Below are positions 54,890 through 64,000 of a stretch of DNA of 64,000 nucleotides, in pieces. This DNA comes from an uncultured bacterium. Its GTDB lineage: Bacteria; Patescibacteriota; JAHJAL01. Where the stretch lies: NCBI GenBank assembly GCA_938004065.1, contig CALKWM010000038.1:2466-66465 (forward strand), given 5' to 3'. Position numbers and translations under genes: made by a program. Position 1 is the stretch's first letter, and every line of letters begins with the position of its first letter. The notes beneath the pieces were generated by a model that worked only from the letters and a program-made list of their open reading frames with translations, did not search any database and had not been told where the DNA came from.

Positions 54890-57523
54890 CTAAATATTAA
54901 AATTTTTGTTTTCATAGTTATTCATCCAAATTACATCCATATTTTGTTGATGGTAATTATTGAAATATGAAAATCTTTTTGGTTCTGGGAAAATATATTT
55001 CTCATTAATAAGAGCAATTCTTTCTTTGAGAGCTTCTTCAAAAGCACCACCGGTGCGATTGGTTCTTATTTGAGGATTTTCTGAAGTGAGAATTTTATCG
55101 ATACCGTTATCGGTGGCAAAAATCGATAGTTGTTTTATCAGTTCGTCAAAGAGTAGTTTTTCATCGATTTTAAAGAGAAATGTGCTGCAAGGATTTAGTG
55201 AGGCGGTAAGAATTTTTTGGCTATTTTCCTCGTAGTAATGGAGCAACACTAATCCTTGACAATTTTTTGTTTGCGAGTCATGTAAAGCCATTTGGAAATA
55301 ATTTGACATTTCCCACATATTTTCCGGTCTTTTTTCATTTCCTTCGTATGATAGAGGGTTGTCTCCGGATACGCATACACCGCCAACAGACCGAGTATGG
55401 GCGGAGGTATGATTTTTGGTGATATAACAATCGAGTTTTTTTAGTTGAGTAACTCGATCACTTGTAGTTTCTATGGGTTGAAATTTGGCAATTTCCTGAT
55501 CGATAAAATTTATCTCTTCCAAAAATATATCGTGAAATAATTGGGTTAAATAATTTGCAAAAAGATGCTGATCATAAGATTTATTGCCAATATTTTTTTC
55601 GAGGTCCAGATATTCTGTCAAATTTAATTCCCCCAAATGGATTGAAGCGGGATCGATTTTTTCCTTTTTTAGAATTTCCAGGGCTTTGGCAGCTTTGTTT
55701 TGTTCATTGGAAATAATACCGGCAATTGCTTTGCCTTTTTGGTCCAGGATGATTTCTTTGGTCTCATTCGTTTTAAAAAGTTTAGTTTTTTTGTTTTTTA
55801 ATACGTTTTCGATTTTCACCAATACATGAACACCGCCAATCTTGTCAATTTGCATTTTGTTTATTTTGTCCTGCATTAGTATTTCTTGTTCTTGACCGGA
55901 TATTTTCTGGTAGAAATGAGTTAAAATCTTTTCGAATACTTTATTTTCGAGGGCTTTGGTAACGATTTCTCTCTGGGTATCTTTGATTTTATCGGTGAAA
56001 AACTCTCTTATTTCCAATAGATAAAAATATTCCGGACTGGTTGATTGGTTTACTCTGTCTCGTGTGCCTTGCAAGTACTCCTCAATCACAGGAAAATGGG
56101 CTATTTGGTATTCGATAATGATTTGTTTTATTTCCGACGTGGTAATATCGGGATTCAGTTGAGCTTCCAGTAGAAGGACCAGAATCTTATCTTCATTGGT
56201 ACATAGTTTATCTTGAGAAATATTAAATTTATTAAAAATCGAATCAATTTTATGGCTAAACAAGGTTAGCTTTTCGTCGGAATTAAATTTGGTAATCTCA
56301 GATACGGGGTGTTTGATCTGGTATTCCAAAGTGGATAATTTATTTTTATCAAGTTTAACATTTTCTTTGACAACCATTTTATTACCAGGCATCAATTTGA
56401 TAGGATAATTATCTCTGATTGAAAATATTGATAAATCGGCTGTGCGGTCCGGGCAACTTTCATTGCTTTTAAAGCTGCTATATTGTGAATTTTGAGGATA
56501 GAGAGCTTTGATGATATCTTGGTAGTATTTTTCGTCGATAATGTTGGGATCTTGTTTGGAAGGAGAGGTAAATTTTTCTTTTTTCTGGTTAATGTCGTCA
56601 ATAAAACCCTGGAGAAGAATGGGGTCGTTCTGTTTTCTCAGATTGTGATAATCTTTTAGAACTTCACCATAGACAACTCCCGTATCTTGGTGACAGGATA
56701 GTAAACTGTATTCTGTTTCTAGATATTTAACCGCTTTTTTGTCGAATTTTGACAAATGCAACATAATTTCATGAGGTTCTCTTTCTTGCATTATTACTTG
56801 AAGTGACTCAATACCCAGATTTTTAAATTTGGGATAGTATTCAAGGTTAAAAATATTTAATGAGGTGTGCCGGGAGATTTTGATGGCAACACTATCTGAT
56901 AACCAGGGCATTTTTTGCAGTAAGTTAGTTACCAAAAAATATTTATCAATCCCATCGATCAGACCGGCAATGTAGTCATTGATTTTGACAATTAATTGGT
57001 GAGACAATTTTTGCATTTGATCAGCATTCAATACATGAGTAATATACATTATGCCTTCATTGTTTTTGTCACTTTCGAGAATTTGGTTGGCAATGTAGTT
57101 TATATCACAGCCCGAAAGATCATCGGCAATTTTTAAAAGATAATTTATTTTGTTAGCTGCAAGTAATTTATCAACTACAAGATGATGAAATACAGGGTCG
57201 ATTTCTTTGGCAAAACATGCCAAATGCAGAATCAAACCTTTTTCATACATTTTTTCAATAATTGTTGTTGGATCAGGGATATTAAATTGGTCTAAATGTC
57301 TGGCCAACTCACTTCCCAAGCCCGAGTCAATGAGGTGGAGGGCGTATTTCGTATGCATATTTTGGGGCAATTCGGAAACAAAAATTGAGTCAAAATCTTC
57401 AGAATTTTCGATTTTTTCCAGCCATTTTTGCTGATTGATTTTGTCTTGAAAAGCCGAATTTTCGTCGGGTAATTTTTTCGAATCTGATTCAGAAGGTCTA
57501 TATTGGTCAAAATTCTGGTTCAT
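54890..57523 (-). CDS. Large hypothetical protein (877 aa)
   Basis: Long ORF; helical N-terminus; C-terminal R.VGGVCVSGDN...QIRTNRTGG domain of unknown family. Confidence 0.75.
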   Translation of the reverse strand: MNQNFDQYRPSESDSKKLPDENSAFQDKINQQKWLEKIENSEDFDSIFVSELPQNMHTKYALHLIDSGLGSELARHLDQFNIPDPTTIIEKMYEKGLILHLACFAKEIDPVFHHLVVDKLLAANKINYLLKIADDLSGCDINYIANQILESDKNNEGIMYITHVLNADQMQKLSHQLIVKINDYIAGLIDGIDKYFLVTNLLQKMPWLSDSVAIKISRHTSLNIFNLEYYPKFKNLGIESLQVIMQEREPHEIMLHLSKFDKKAVKYLETEYSLLSCHQDTGVVYGEVLKDYHNLRKQNDPILLQGFIDDINQKKEKFTSPSKQDPNIIDEKYYQDIIKALYPQNSQYSSFKSNESCPDRTADLSIFSIRDNYPIKLMPGNKMVVKENVKLDKNKLSTLEYQIKHPVSEITKFNSDEKLTLFSHKIDSIFNKFNISQDKLCTNEDKILVLLLEAQLNPDITTSEIKQIIIEYQIAHFPVIEEYLQGTRDRVNQSTSPEYFYLLEIREFFTDKIKDTQREIVTKALENKVFEKILTHFYQKISGQEQEILMQDKINKMQIDKIGGVHVLVKIENVLKNKKTKLFKTNETKEIILDQKGKAIAGIISNEQNKAAKALEILKKEKIDPASIHLGELNLTEYLDLEKNIGNKSYDQHLFANYLTQLFHDIFLEEINFIDQEIAKFQPIETTSDRVTQLKKLDCYITKNHTSAHTRSVGGVCVSGDNPLSYEGNEKRPENMWEMSNYFQMALHDSQTKNCQGLVLLHYYEENSQKILTASLNPCSTFLFKIDEKLLFDELIKQLSIFATDNGIDKILTSENPQIRTNRTGGAFEEALKERIALINEKYIFPEPKRFSYFNNYHQQNMDVIWMNNYENKNFNI

Positions 57524-57650
57524 TTTAGGTAAGGGGGATTAATTTTCCAATTTTCAAATAAAATAATTTAAAATGAAAAAAATGTTGAATTGTTATTTTC
57601 GTTCTGCGACTTTACTTTATACTTGATACTTGAAACTTGTGACTTTTTCG

Positions 57651-60600
57651 TTAGAAGGTCGGCGTCGCGATATAGGTGATAGTGGTGGAATAGGTGCCGG
57701 GTGATTGGAATTTGGTTAGATTCAATCGATAACCGATACGAGTGATCTGGTCGGCTACGGGGCCGGAGTCATAGGCCACTTCTTGCGGTAGTGTGTCGAA
57801 AGCGGCCCATTTATCAGAAACGAAACGATCTACCGGTGAAGTAAAGAGCGAATCATCGGAAGTTGTATAACCGAAATACCCTTCGGTACCGGAGCCGGGA
57901 GGAGCGCTCCAAGTGGCCGGTGAAGAGTTGGAATGAGGGAAGTTTGAAATAGTGCCTGTTGCAGAAGTCATGGTCTGATCGTATTCGATAGTAACTACGT
58001 AACCGTCGGTAGCGTTGGTGGAAACTTGCAAATCATGAGCTTGGATACGGTCATCGGCATCGGAGTATAGACCAAAATCAACAGCGCCGGGGGAAGTGGT
58101 GGCAGAGGTGATAGTTGCACCGTTGACGTTGCCGGTGGCAACCGGTAAAATGTCGAAAGTTAGATATGATGGTACGGTGGCGGTTACGATAACAACGTGG
58201 TTTAAAAATACCATACCGTCCCCTATCTCAACCGGCTCACCAAAGCCACTCTGATTGTCATACAGGTTGTAACTCACCGAGAAAGAACCGGTACTGGATG
58301 GATTGGTCGGTTCGTTGAGGGCACCGATCGTAAATGATAGCTGGCCATCGGAATTGTCGATAGTGCCGGTAAATGGGAAGACGATAGCATCTTCACCGGC
58401 GGCATAACCGTGTTCAATCCACCATGCCCAGTGGTTGGCAACGATGGTACCGTCGTCGTAGATTATTTCATCGTTTGTCCAGGTAACATCACCACCACTG
58501 GCCGAGACGTCGTCTTTGGTTAGTTGTGAAAGATCATAATCATTGTGTAGTCGAATTTTGATACTACCATTGGAGATGGCGGTGGTAGTTAAATCAAGTG
58601 TGAACGTAACCAAGATATTTCCGGATTTTCCCGGATCGGAAGTTTCAAGCAATGCCCTCATACCTCCACCGGCTAAATTTTCATCAACTTCGTAATCGAT
58701 TTGATATGAATTGGTGGATTTGTTGCCGGCTACGTCCATGCAACGCATAAATACTGACTTGAAGCCGTCGGAATAATGGGCAACCGTACAATTGGTGGTG
58801 CTTTCACAAGTGCCGGTCATAGAGTCGTAAGCAACATTGGAATTACTCCATTTGCAGGCGACGGCGTCGGTGTCGGCAGTGTAAACGATCAAGGCCACGC
58901 CATCTTCGACGATATCAACATAGGGTGCCTGGGTGTCACCAGCGACGGAGCTAACGGTTAAAACATTGGGGACTATGCTGTCTATGGTGTAATTGACTTC
59001 ATAACTACTGGTCATCTTGTTGCCGGCTTCGTCACGACATCTAATATAAACAGTTTTGGCACCTTGACCGGAAAGATTGGCGGTACAATTGCCGGCCGAA
59101 GTACAAGTGTTGGGCATACTATCGTACGCCTGATCTACGAAAGACCATTTGCACTCGGTTGGGTCGCCACTGGTGTTGTATAGTATCTGAGTGGAACTAT
59201 CGTCGGTAGTGTCATAATAAGGCGAAGTGGTGTCGCCGGCAATTGATGTGATTGATGTGATTGACGGTGGAGTAGCATCAATAGTGTAATTTAGAACATA
59301 TGATGTTGGAGAATCCAGTTCGTTGGCATCACGGCAACGCATATAGACAGTTTTGGCGGTTTCGCCGGTAAGATCCAGATTACAATTGGAGGTATCGGTA
59401 CAAGTATTGGCCATAGCGCCGTAAGTCAAATCGGTTTCGTCCCATTTGCAACTGACGGCATCGGCCGAAGCGGTATAAATCACGTCTGTTGAGCCATCGT
59501 CAGTAGTGTCGTAATAAGTAGTAGTGGTATCACCGGCGACAGAGGTAATGGAAATAACTTCCGGCGGGGTGGAATCGATGGTGTAGTTGAGAGTGTAAGA
59601 AGATGAAGCCGCATTGTCAGCGCCGTCGATACATCGCAGGTAAACCGTATGGGCGGATTCGCCGGTCAGATTGAGTGTACAATGAGAGGAGTCAGTACAA
59701 CTATTGACCATAGCGCCGTAAGTTAAATCGGTTTCGTCCCATTTGCATCCGGTAACGCCGGTTAAATTGTCTGAAGAAGTAAATACGACCTGGGTATTAC
59801 CATCATCGGTAGTATCGACATAAGGGGCAGAAGTATCGCCAGCCACTGAAGTAATGGAATCAATGGTCGGTGCGGTTTTGTCGTATCTGGTCTCGTAGTT
59901 GTATTCATCGCCCCAGATGTCAGCCGAAGAGAACGGCCGAACATGCATGAAATGTATGCCTTCGGTAAATAAATAATTGTCAATATTGGAGTCGAGAGAA
60001 AGTTTTCGTAAATATTCATTGGATATTTCAGAAGGACTTAGAGCTTGATCAAAAATTTTCACCTCGTCTATGTCTCCATTAAATCTTCTCAGTACACTGC
60101 TCCATGAGATATAAATATCGCCATTGGAATTTTTGATGTTACCGGTAAAAGGATTTGAGTCTTCAAGCTGACCATTAATATAAAGTGATACATTACTACC
60201 GTCATAAACACCAACCACATGCGTCCAGACTCCATTATTTATTGTTGATGAAGAAATGGCATCGCCATAAGAGCCGGAAGTATTTTGGACATAGAACCGC
60301 CAATAGGGATTATACATTTGAAGATAAAAATCATCTCCTCCGCTATGCGGATCAGTACAAACCAGAGCATCATAACTGCTCACTGCTGCATTCCTTTTGA
60401 CCCAGGCCGATACCGTGATGGCATTTGACGGATGCAGTTCAATCGAGGAAGGTATTGTGACGTGATCATTTACGCCATCAAATGTTCTGGCATTACCCAA
60501 TTGGCCGGTGGTAACAGTCGATTCACTTAAAGTTCCATGGTTTCCTTCCCCACTGTGATCAAACGCTGTCGTAGTATTATCATTTTCAAAATTCCACCAG

Positions 60601-62075
60601 CCGACCAGATCGTCGTTGGTGATAGCGGGCACACTTGAGTCATTTTCCAGATAATAGTAATAGTAAAGCGGTTCGCTGATCTGATTGGAATAAGTTGATG
60701 TGCTCCAGTCGGAAATATTGTCCAAGGCGTCTTTGGCGCGGACAAAGTAATAGTAAGTGTTTTCATCCAGACTGGTGAATGTATATTCCGGATCAGTCAG
60801 CCACCCTGATGGAGTACAACCGGTAGTGGAATCCGTGTCGTTAATACAAAATTGATATTGGACAGTATCAACTCCGTCATCAATCACACTGGTGGAAGAG
60901 ACTGTGTTCTCTGTACCGGAAGTGTATTCCGGTTCGGCATTCATGGTCGGCACGGGTGGCGGGGTATTGTCTTGTTCGTATTCATAGTCTGATGAGGTGA
61001 GGTAACAATTGTTGGCATCGTCACAAGTTATGTATTTGAAATGACTGGTAATGGAAATGGAATGATCCGCCCAGGTGGGAGACGATTGGTCGGGCTCACT
61101 GGTGTCGTCAGTGTAACGAATTATAGTTCCTCCGGTTCCCGGCGTACAAGCAACAGCCAAATCGTCTTTGAAGTAAGTACCACTGACCGGGGTACAGGTA
61201 GGAGAGGCAGTGGGACCGGATTTATCGATTTTGAATTGGAGTGATTGAATACTTTGTTCATTGCCAGCATTGTCCAGTGAATAATAACGGAAATAATTTG
61301 TACCTTCAGTTGAAAAAGCTTGTGGTGATAAGTATTCGGTAGTGGGTGTACATGTATTGGTTTGATCAGTACAGAAATAAGTTGTATCAATGCCGGAAAA
61401 ATTATCCACTGGTACAGCAGTGATAGTGATATCGGTGGTGTACCAGTTATCACTACCCAACGTTCCTGCGGTAACTGAGGCGGAGGTAGTCGGGTCGGTT
61501 ACGTCTTTGTCGATACCAAACGATCGGGTTATGCTTTCATAATAGCCATCGTGGGCGCGAACATAGATGGTAGTCGCACCGTCGGCCGGGTAGTTTGTCC
61601 AAGAGGAAACATCGGGTGTGCCGACCATCGTCAAATCATCCACCGGACTGAGTTCGGTATCTATTGTATGCCAGTTAATTTCGTCAAAAGACCCTTCACA
61701 AGTAATCGTCTGATCCGATTCCGTGTCCGTCACACCCAGACACTGAATATTGAAAGCGGTTTGATTGAGTGAATTTATATAGCTTTCCGAGGTGGTAGCG
61801 CTATCCAGCAAAACTTCGTTGTCCGACTGGATGAAGCCGGATTCCAGATCGTAAGTTGTATTGCTGTCATGACTGCCGGCAAACGGTTCGCCAAAACTGT
61901 CGGTCAAAAAATAGTTGGTTGATGTGCTATCATCTGCACCGGCATTATTGGTTACATCATGTACAATCTCATAATTGGCACTGTTCATAGCCATGGCCGA
62001 ATAGCTAACCAAACCGGTCATCCAGACGGAGACAAGCATTACCAGAAATTTATTATTGATTAGTTTGGTTAACAT
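57651..62075 (-). CDS. Large secreted surface protein: Ig/FN3-like domains, LamG domain, four ~99-aa Cys repeats, shared C-terminal module
   Basis: Signal peptide; LVGWWNFE...ITVSAWVK...WTHVVGVYDG..LYING...FNGDIDEVKIF; SVAGDT..PY.DT.DD...CKW...RC.D x4. Confidence 0.85.
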   Translation of the reverse strand: MLTKLINNKFLVMLVSVWMTGLVSYSAMAMNSANYEIVHDVTNNAGADDSTSTNYFLTDSFGEPFAGSHDSNTTYDLESGFIQSDNEVLLDSATTSESYINSLNQTAFNIQCLGVTDTESDQTITCEGSFDEINWHTIDTELSPVDDLTMVGTPDVSSWTNYPADGATTIYVRAHDGYYESITRSFGIDKDVTDPTTSASVTAGTLGSDNWYTTDITITAVPVDNFSGIDTTYFCTDQTNTCTPTTEYLSPQAFSTEGTNYFRYYSLDNAGNEQSIQSLQFKIDKSGPTASPTCTPVSGTYFKDDLAVACTPGTGGTIIRYTDDTSEPDQSSPTWADHSISITSHFKYITCDDANNCYLTSSDYEYEQDNTPPPVPTMNAEPEYTSGTENTVSSTSVIDDGVDTVQYQFCINDTDSTTGCTPSGWLTDPEYTFTSLDENTYYYFVRAKDALDNISDWSTSTYSNQISEPLYYYYYLENDSSVPAITNDDLVGWWNFENDNTTTAFDHSGEGNHGTLSESTVTTGQLGNARTFDGVNDHVTIPSSIELHPSNAITVSAWVKRNAAVSSYDALVCTDPHSGGDDFYLQMYNPYWRFYVQNTSGSYGDAISSSTINNGVWTHVVGVYDGSNVSLYINGQLEDSNPFTGNIKNSNGDIYISWSSVLRRFNGDIDEVKIFDQALSPSEISNEYLRKLSLDSNIDNYLFTEGIHFMHVRPFSSADIWGDEYNYETRYDKTAPTIDSITSVAGDTSAPYVDTTDDGNTQVVFTSSDNLTGVTGCKWDETDLTYGAMVNSCTDSSHCTLNLTGESAHTVYLRCIDGADNAASSSYTLNYTIDSTPPEVISITSVAGDTTTTYYDTTDDGSTDVIYTASADAVSCKWDETDLTYGAMANTCTDTSNCNLDLTGETAKTVYMRCRDANELDSPTSYVLNYTIDATPPSITSITSIAGDTTSPYYDTTDDSSTQILYNTSGDPTECKWSFVDQAYDSMPNTCTSAGNCTANLSGQGAKTVYIRCRDEAGNKMTSSYEVNYTIDSIVPNVLTVSSVAGDTQAPYVDIVEDGVALIVYTADTDAVACKWSNSNVAYDSMTGTCESTTNCTVAHYSDGFKSVFMRCMDVAGNKSTNSYQIDYEVDENLAGGGMRALLETSDPGKSGNILVTFTLDLTTTAISNGSIKIRLHNDYDLSQLTKDDVSASGGDVTWTNDEIIYDDGTIVANHWAWWIEHGYAAGEDAIVFPFTGTIDNSDGQLSFTIGALNEPTNPSSTGSFSVSYNLYDNQSGFGEPVEIGDGMVFLNHVVIVTATVPSYLTFDILPVATGNVNGATITSATTSPGAVDFGLYSDADDRIQAHDLQVSTNATDGYVVTIEYDQTMTSATGTISNFPHSNSSPATWSAPPGSGTEGYFGYTTSDDSLFTSPVDRFVSDKWAAFDTLPQEVAYDSGPVADQITRIGYRLNLTKFQSPGTYSTTITYIATPTF

Positions 62076-62111
62076 TAATTTAAATATTTTTAATAATTTC
62101 TTATTTTTTTC

Positions 62112-62894
62112 TTAACTACAATAATTTCGAATACAGCGGAAATATCGCAAACTACTATCGGTTTTGGTCACGGTACTTGATCCGCCAAAACTGAAATTGG
62201 TCGTGAAGGCGGTATTGACATCATTTTGATACGAACTCCAATAATCATTGGGTTGAAAACCACCTCCAGCAGAAACGCGATTGGTAAACAATGTACCAAG
62301 TTGAGTTTGTGCCGGTAAGAACCAGTCGCTATATCCATATTTGATTAAATTGTAACAATGATCGGCAGCCGGATTGGTCGGCGGATTATTGTTATATAAC
62401 CAGGTAGTGAGAGTTTCACCATCAGTAGGATCGCCGCCTGGCCATTCATTGTAGCCAACCGCACTAGCCCATTGTTTGGTCACCAGATCAATACCGCTAC
62501 AAGCCGGTTCATTTGTAGAGTTGGCACAACCGCTTGGCATTGCTACCATACAATTGGCGTATTTATAACCACCACCGCAGTTGGTACCGACGGCATCACC
62601 GGCAGTACATTCACAAGTTGGACCGGTACAGGTCGGACCACATGTAACATTGGCCAATCCACCGGCAGTACATTTATCATTGAAAGCGTTCCATTCCAAA
62701 TCAGTGTTGTTTGGCACAAAGTAGTCATACGAACTGTTATTGACTACTTGTCGGCTACGTTCGGTAATTACCGTGGTGGTCCCGTGGTTGGCACGATAAT
62801 AAGTAGCGGCATAGGCGATCAGAATCGGAATCGTAATCAAACAAAGCAGACTTAAAGCAACTATTAAAAATGTTTTTGTTTTGAACTTGAACAT
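62112..62894 (-). CDS. Secreted Cys-rich protein with DUF1566/Lcl-like C-terminal domain
   Basis: Signal peptide; C..L...GYSDWFLP...L, YWSS, RCIR. Confidence 0.75.
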   Translation of the reverse strand: MFKFKTKTFLIVALSLLCLITIPILIAYAATYYRANHGTTTVITERSRQVVNNSSYDYFVPNNTDLEWNAFNDKCTAGGLANVTCGPTCTGPTCECTAGDAVGTNCGGGYKYANCMVAMPSGCANSTNEPACSGIDLVTKQWASAVGYNEWPGGDPTDGETLTTWLYNNNPPTNPAADHCYNLIKYGYSDWFLPAQTQLGTLFTNRVSAGGGFQPNDYWSSYQNDVNTAFTTNFSFGGSSTVTKTDSSLRYFRCIRNYCS

Positions 62895-62917
62895 AACTTA
62901 TTTTTTATTTTTTATGT

Positions 62918-64000
62918 TTATTTATTTTTCAATGTTTCAACTTCTTGTTTCAATTGATCAATTTGGGTTTGTTGTTCTTGAATCGCTTTCAACAATACCG
63001 CTGTCATGTTGCCGTATTCCATCCCTTTCATGCCAGTGCTTGGATTGGTAGTTACAAGCTCCGGATAATACTTCTCAACATCTTGGGCGATAAAACCTAT
63101 TTCCTTGTCGCCGCCGGTTTTCCAATTAAAGGTAACCGGTTGAATTTGTTTAACTTTTTCTAAAGTATTATCAGCCAATGGTTGAATATTGGTTTTCAAT
63201 CGTTGGTCGGAACTATAGATGAAAGAAGCAGCTTGCACGTCACCATTAACATCTAGTTCTTGTCCTGGATTTGTCATCCCAATCCCAACCATGCCGCCAT
63301 TGGGATTCAATGTGAGTGCAGTAGTTGTGACGCCGTTATAAACCGATTGAATCCAACCATAATACGGACTTGCGCCATTATTGTATCCCATCGCCAAACG
63401 ATATTGGTTTCCTCCACCAGTAACCAACAAAGAACCAAGTTCACCTGACGGTGAGGTGCTGGCTCCAGCAATATGAGTAGTAGTCAATGGTCCTGTAGTG
63501 CCAATCCCGAAATTACCGCCAGATGGATTAATAGTAACGGGCACAGAAGCTGCGTCATTAAGCATACCTTGTAGCCAGGTAGAACCATTGGACAAAGTTC
63601 CCATCGCTAAGCCATAGCCGTTATCAGATCCACGTAAATACAGTGATGAATTAGCTACACTGACACTAGAGGGAACAGTTCTGAGAATGCTAACTTTGGA
63701 AGATAATGTTCCAGTAGCACCGATACCAACATTCCCGGAAGAATCAACCATTATGTCGTCTTTGGAATTTGTACGACCTATACCAAAACTATTAGTGGCT
63801 CCGCTCCAACGATTACCGATATACCAATCGCTAGCGGTATCTTTGAAATGTATATTTTGGTCATAACTGGCACCACCTGTACTCTCGATTAATATTGAAG
63901 CATCTGCAGAACTTCTATTGAGGTGCAAACCGGCCGCTGGCGTAACTGTTCCTATACCAACGTTACCATTCCATCTCCAAGTCATTAGATTAATACCTTG
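62918..64000 (-). CDS. Fibre-like protein with GNVGIG repeats and C-terminal peptidase S74 intramolecular chaperone (5' truncated by window)
   Basis: GNVGIG-like repeats x4; SSDQRLKTNI, GFIAQDVE..YPELV, terminal coiled coil; frame open to 64000. Confidence 0.88.
   Translation of the reverse strand, partial: QGINLMTWRWNGNVGIGTVTPAAGLHLNRSSADASILIESTGGASYDQNIHFKDTASDWYIGNRWSGATNSFGIGRTNSKDDIMVDSSGNVGIGATGTLSSKVSILRTVPSSVSVANSSLYLRGSDNGYGLAMGTLSNGSTWLQGMLNDAASVPVTINPSGGNFGIGTTGPLTTTHIAGASTSPSGELGSLLVTGGGNQYRLAMGYNNGASPYYGWIQSVYNGVTTTALTLNPNGGMVGIGMTNPGQELDVNGDVQAASFIYSSDQRLKTNIQPLADNTLEKVKQIQPVTFNWKTGGDKEIGFIAQDVEKYYPELVTTNPSTGMKGMEYGNMTAVLLKAIQEQQTQIDQLKQEVETLKNK

Noticed and set aside
62918-64000. 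Prophage
   Set aside because: Only the S74 fibre is phage-like; neighbours are signal-peptide surface proteins, and no capsid, terminase or integrase is in the window.

Overview
AT-rich bacterial chromosome segment, genetic code 11. Gene content and repeat style suggest Patescibacteria/CPR (inference). 1-27.5 kb is mostly housekeeping: rsmA 5' end, G5/RlpA-like protein, serS, adenosine deaminase, hpf, uvrA, T-box-controlled thrS, miaB, miaA, PBP2, folD, a TrmB-like regulator, rluB and trmD. 28-48.6 kb is a surface-glycan locus (Wzm/Wzt, GT2/GT4/GT-C, methyltransferases, priming sugar transferase, ligase/O-OTase-TPR). 48.8-64 kb holds large secreted surface proteins, orphan receiver domains, gpmI and an S74-chaperone fibre protein. 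The main unexplained structure is a palindromic-repeat system of about 20 TGTCATCC...GGATC hairpins. They bracket two small GIY-YIG nuclease genes as inverted pairs (REPtron-like, with a GIY-YIG instead of a RAYT). Together with other repeat families they form ~90-115 aa in-frame inserts in the three tRNA position-37 modifying enzymes MiaA, MiaB and TrmD. A second structure is three diverged copies of the sugar-transferase 3' end separating cargo cassettes (serial-integration scars). No tRNA, rRNA or CRISPR array was seen.
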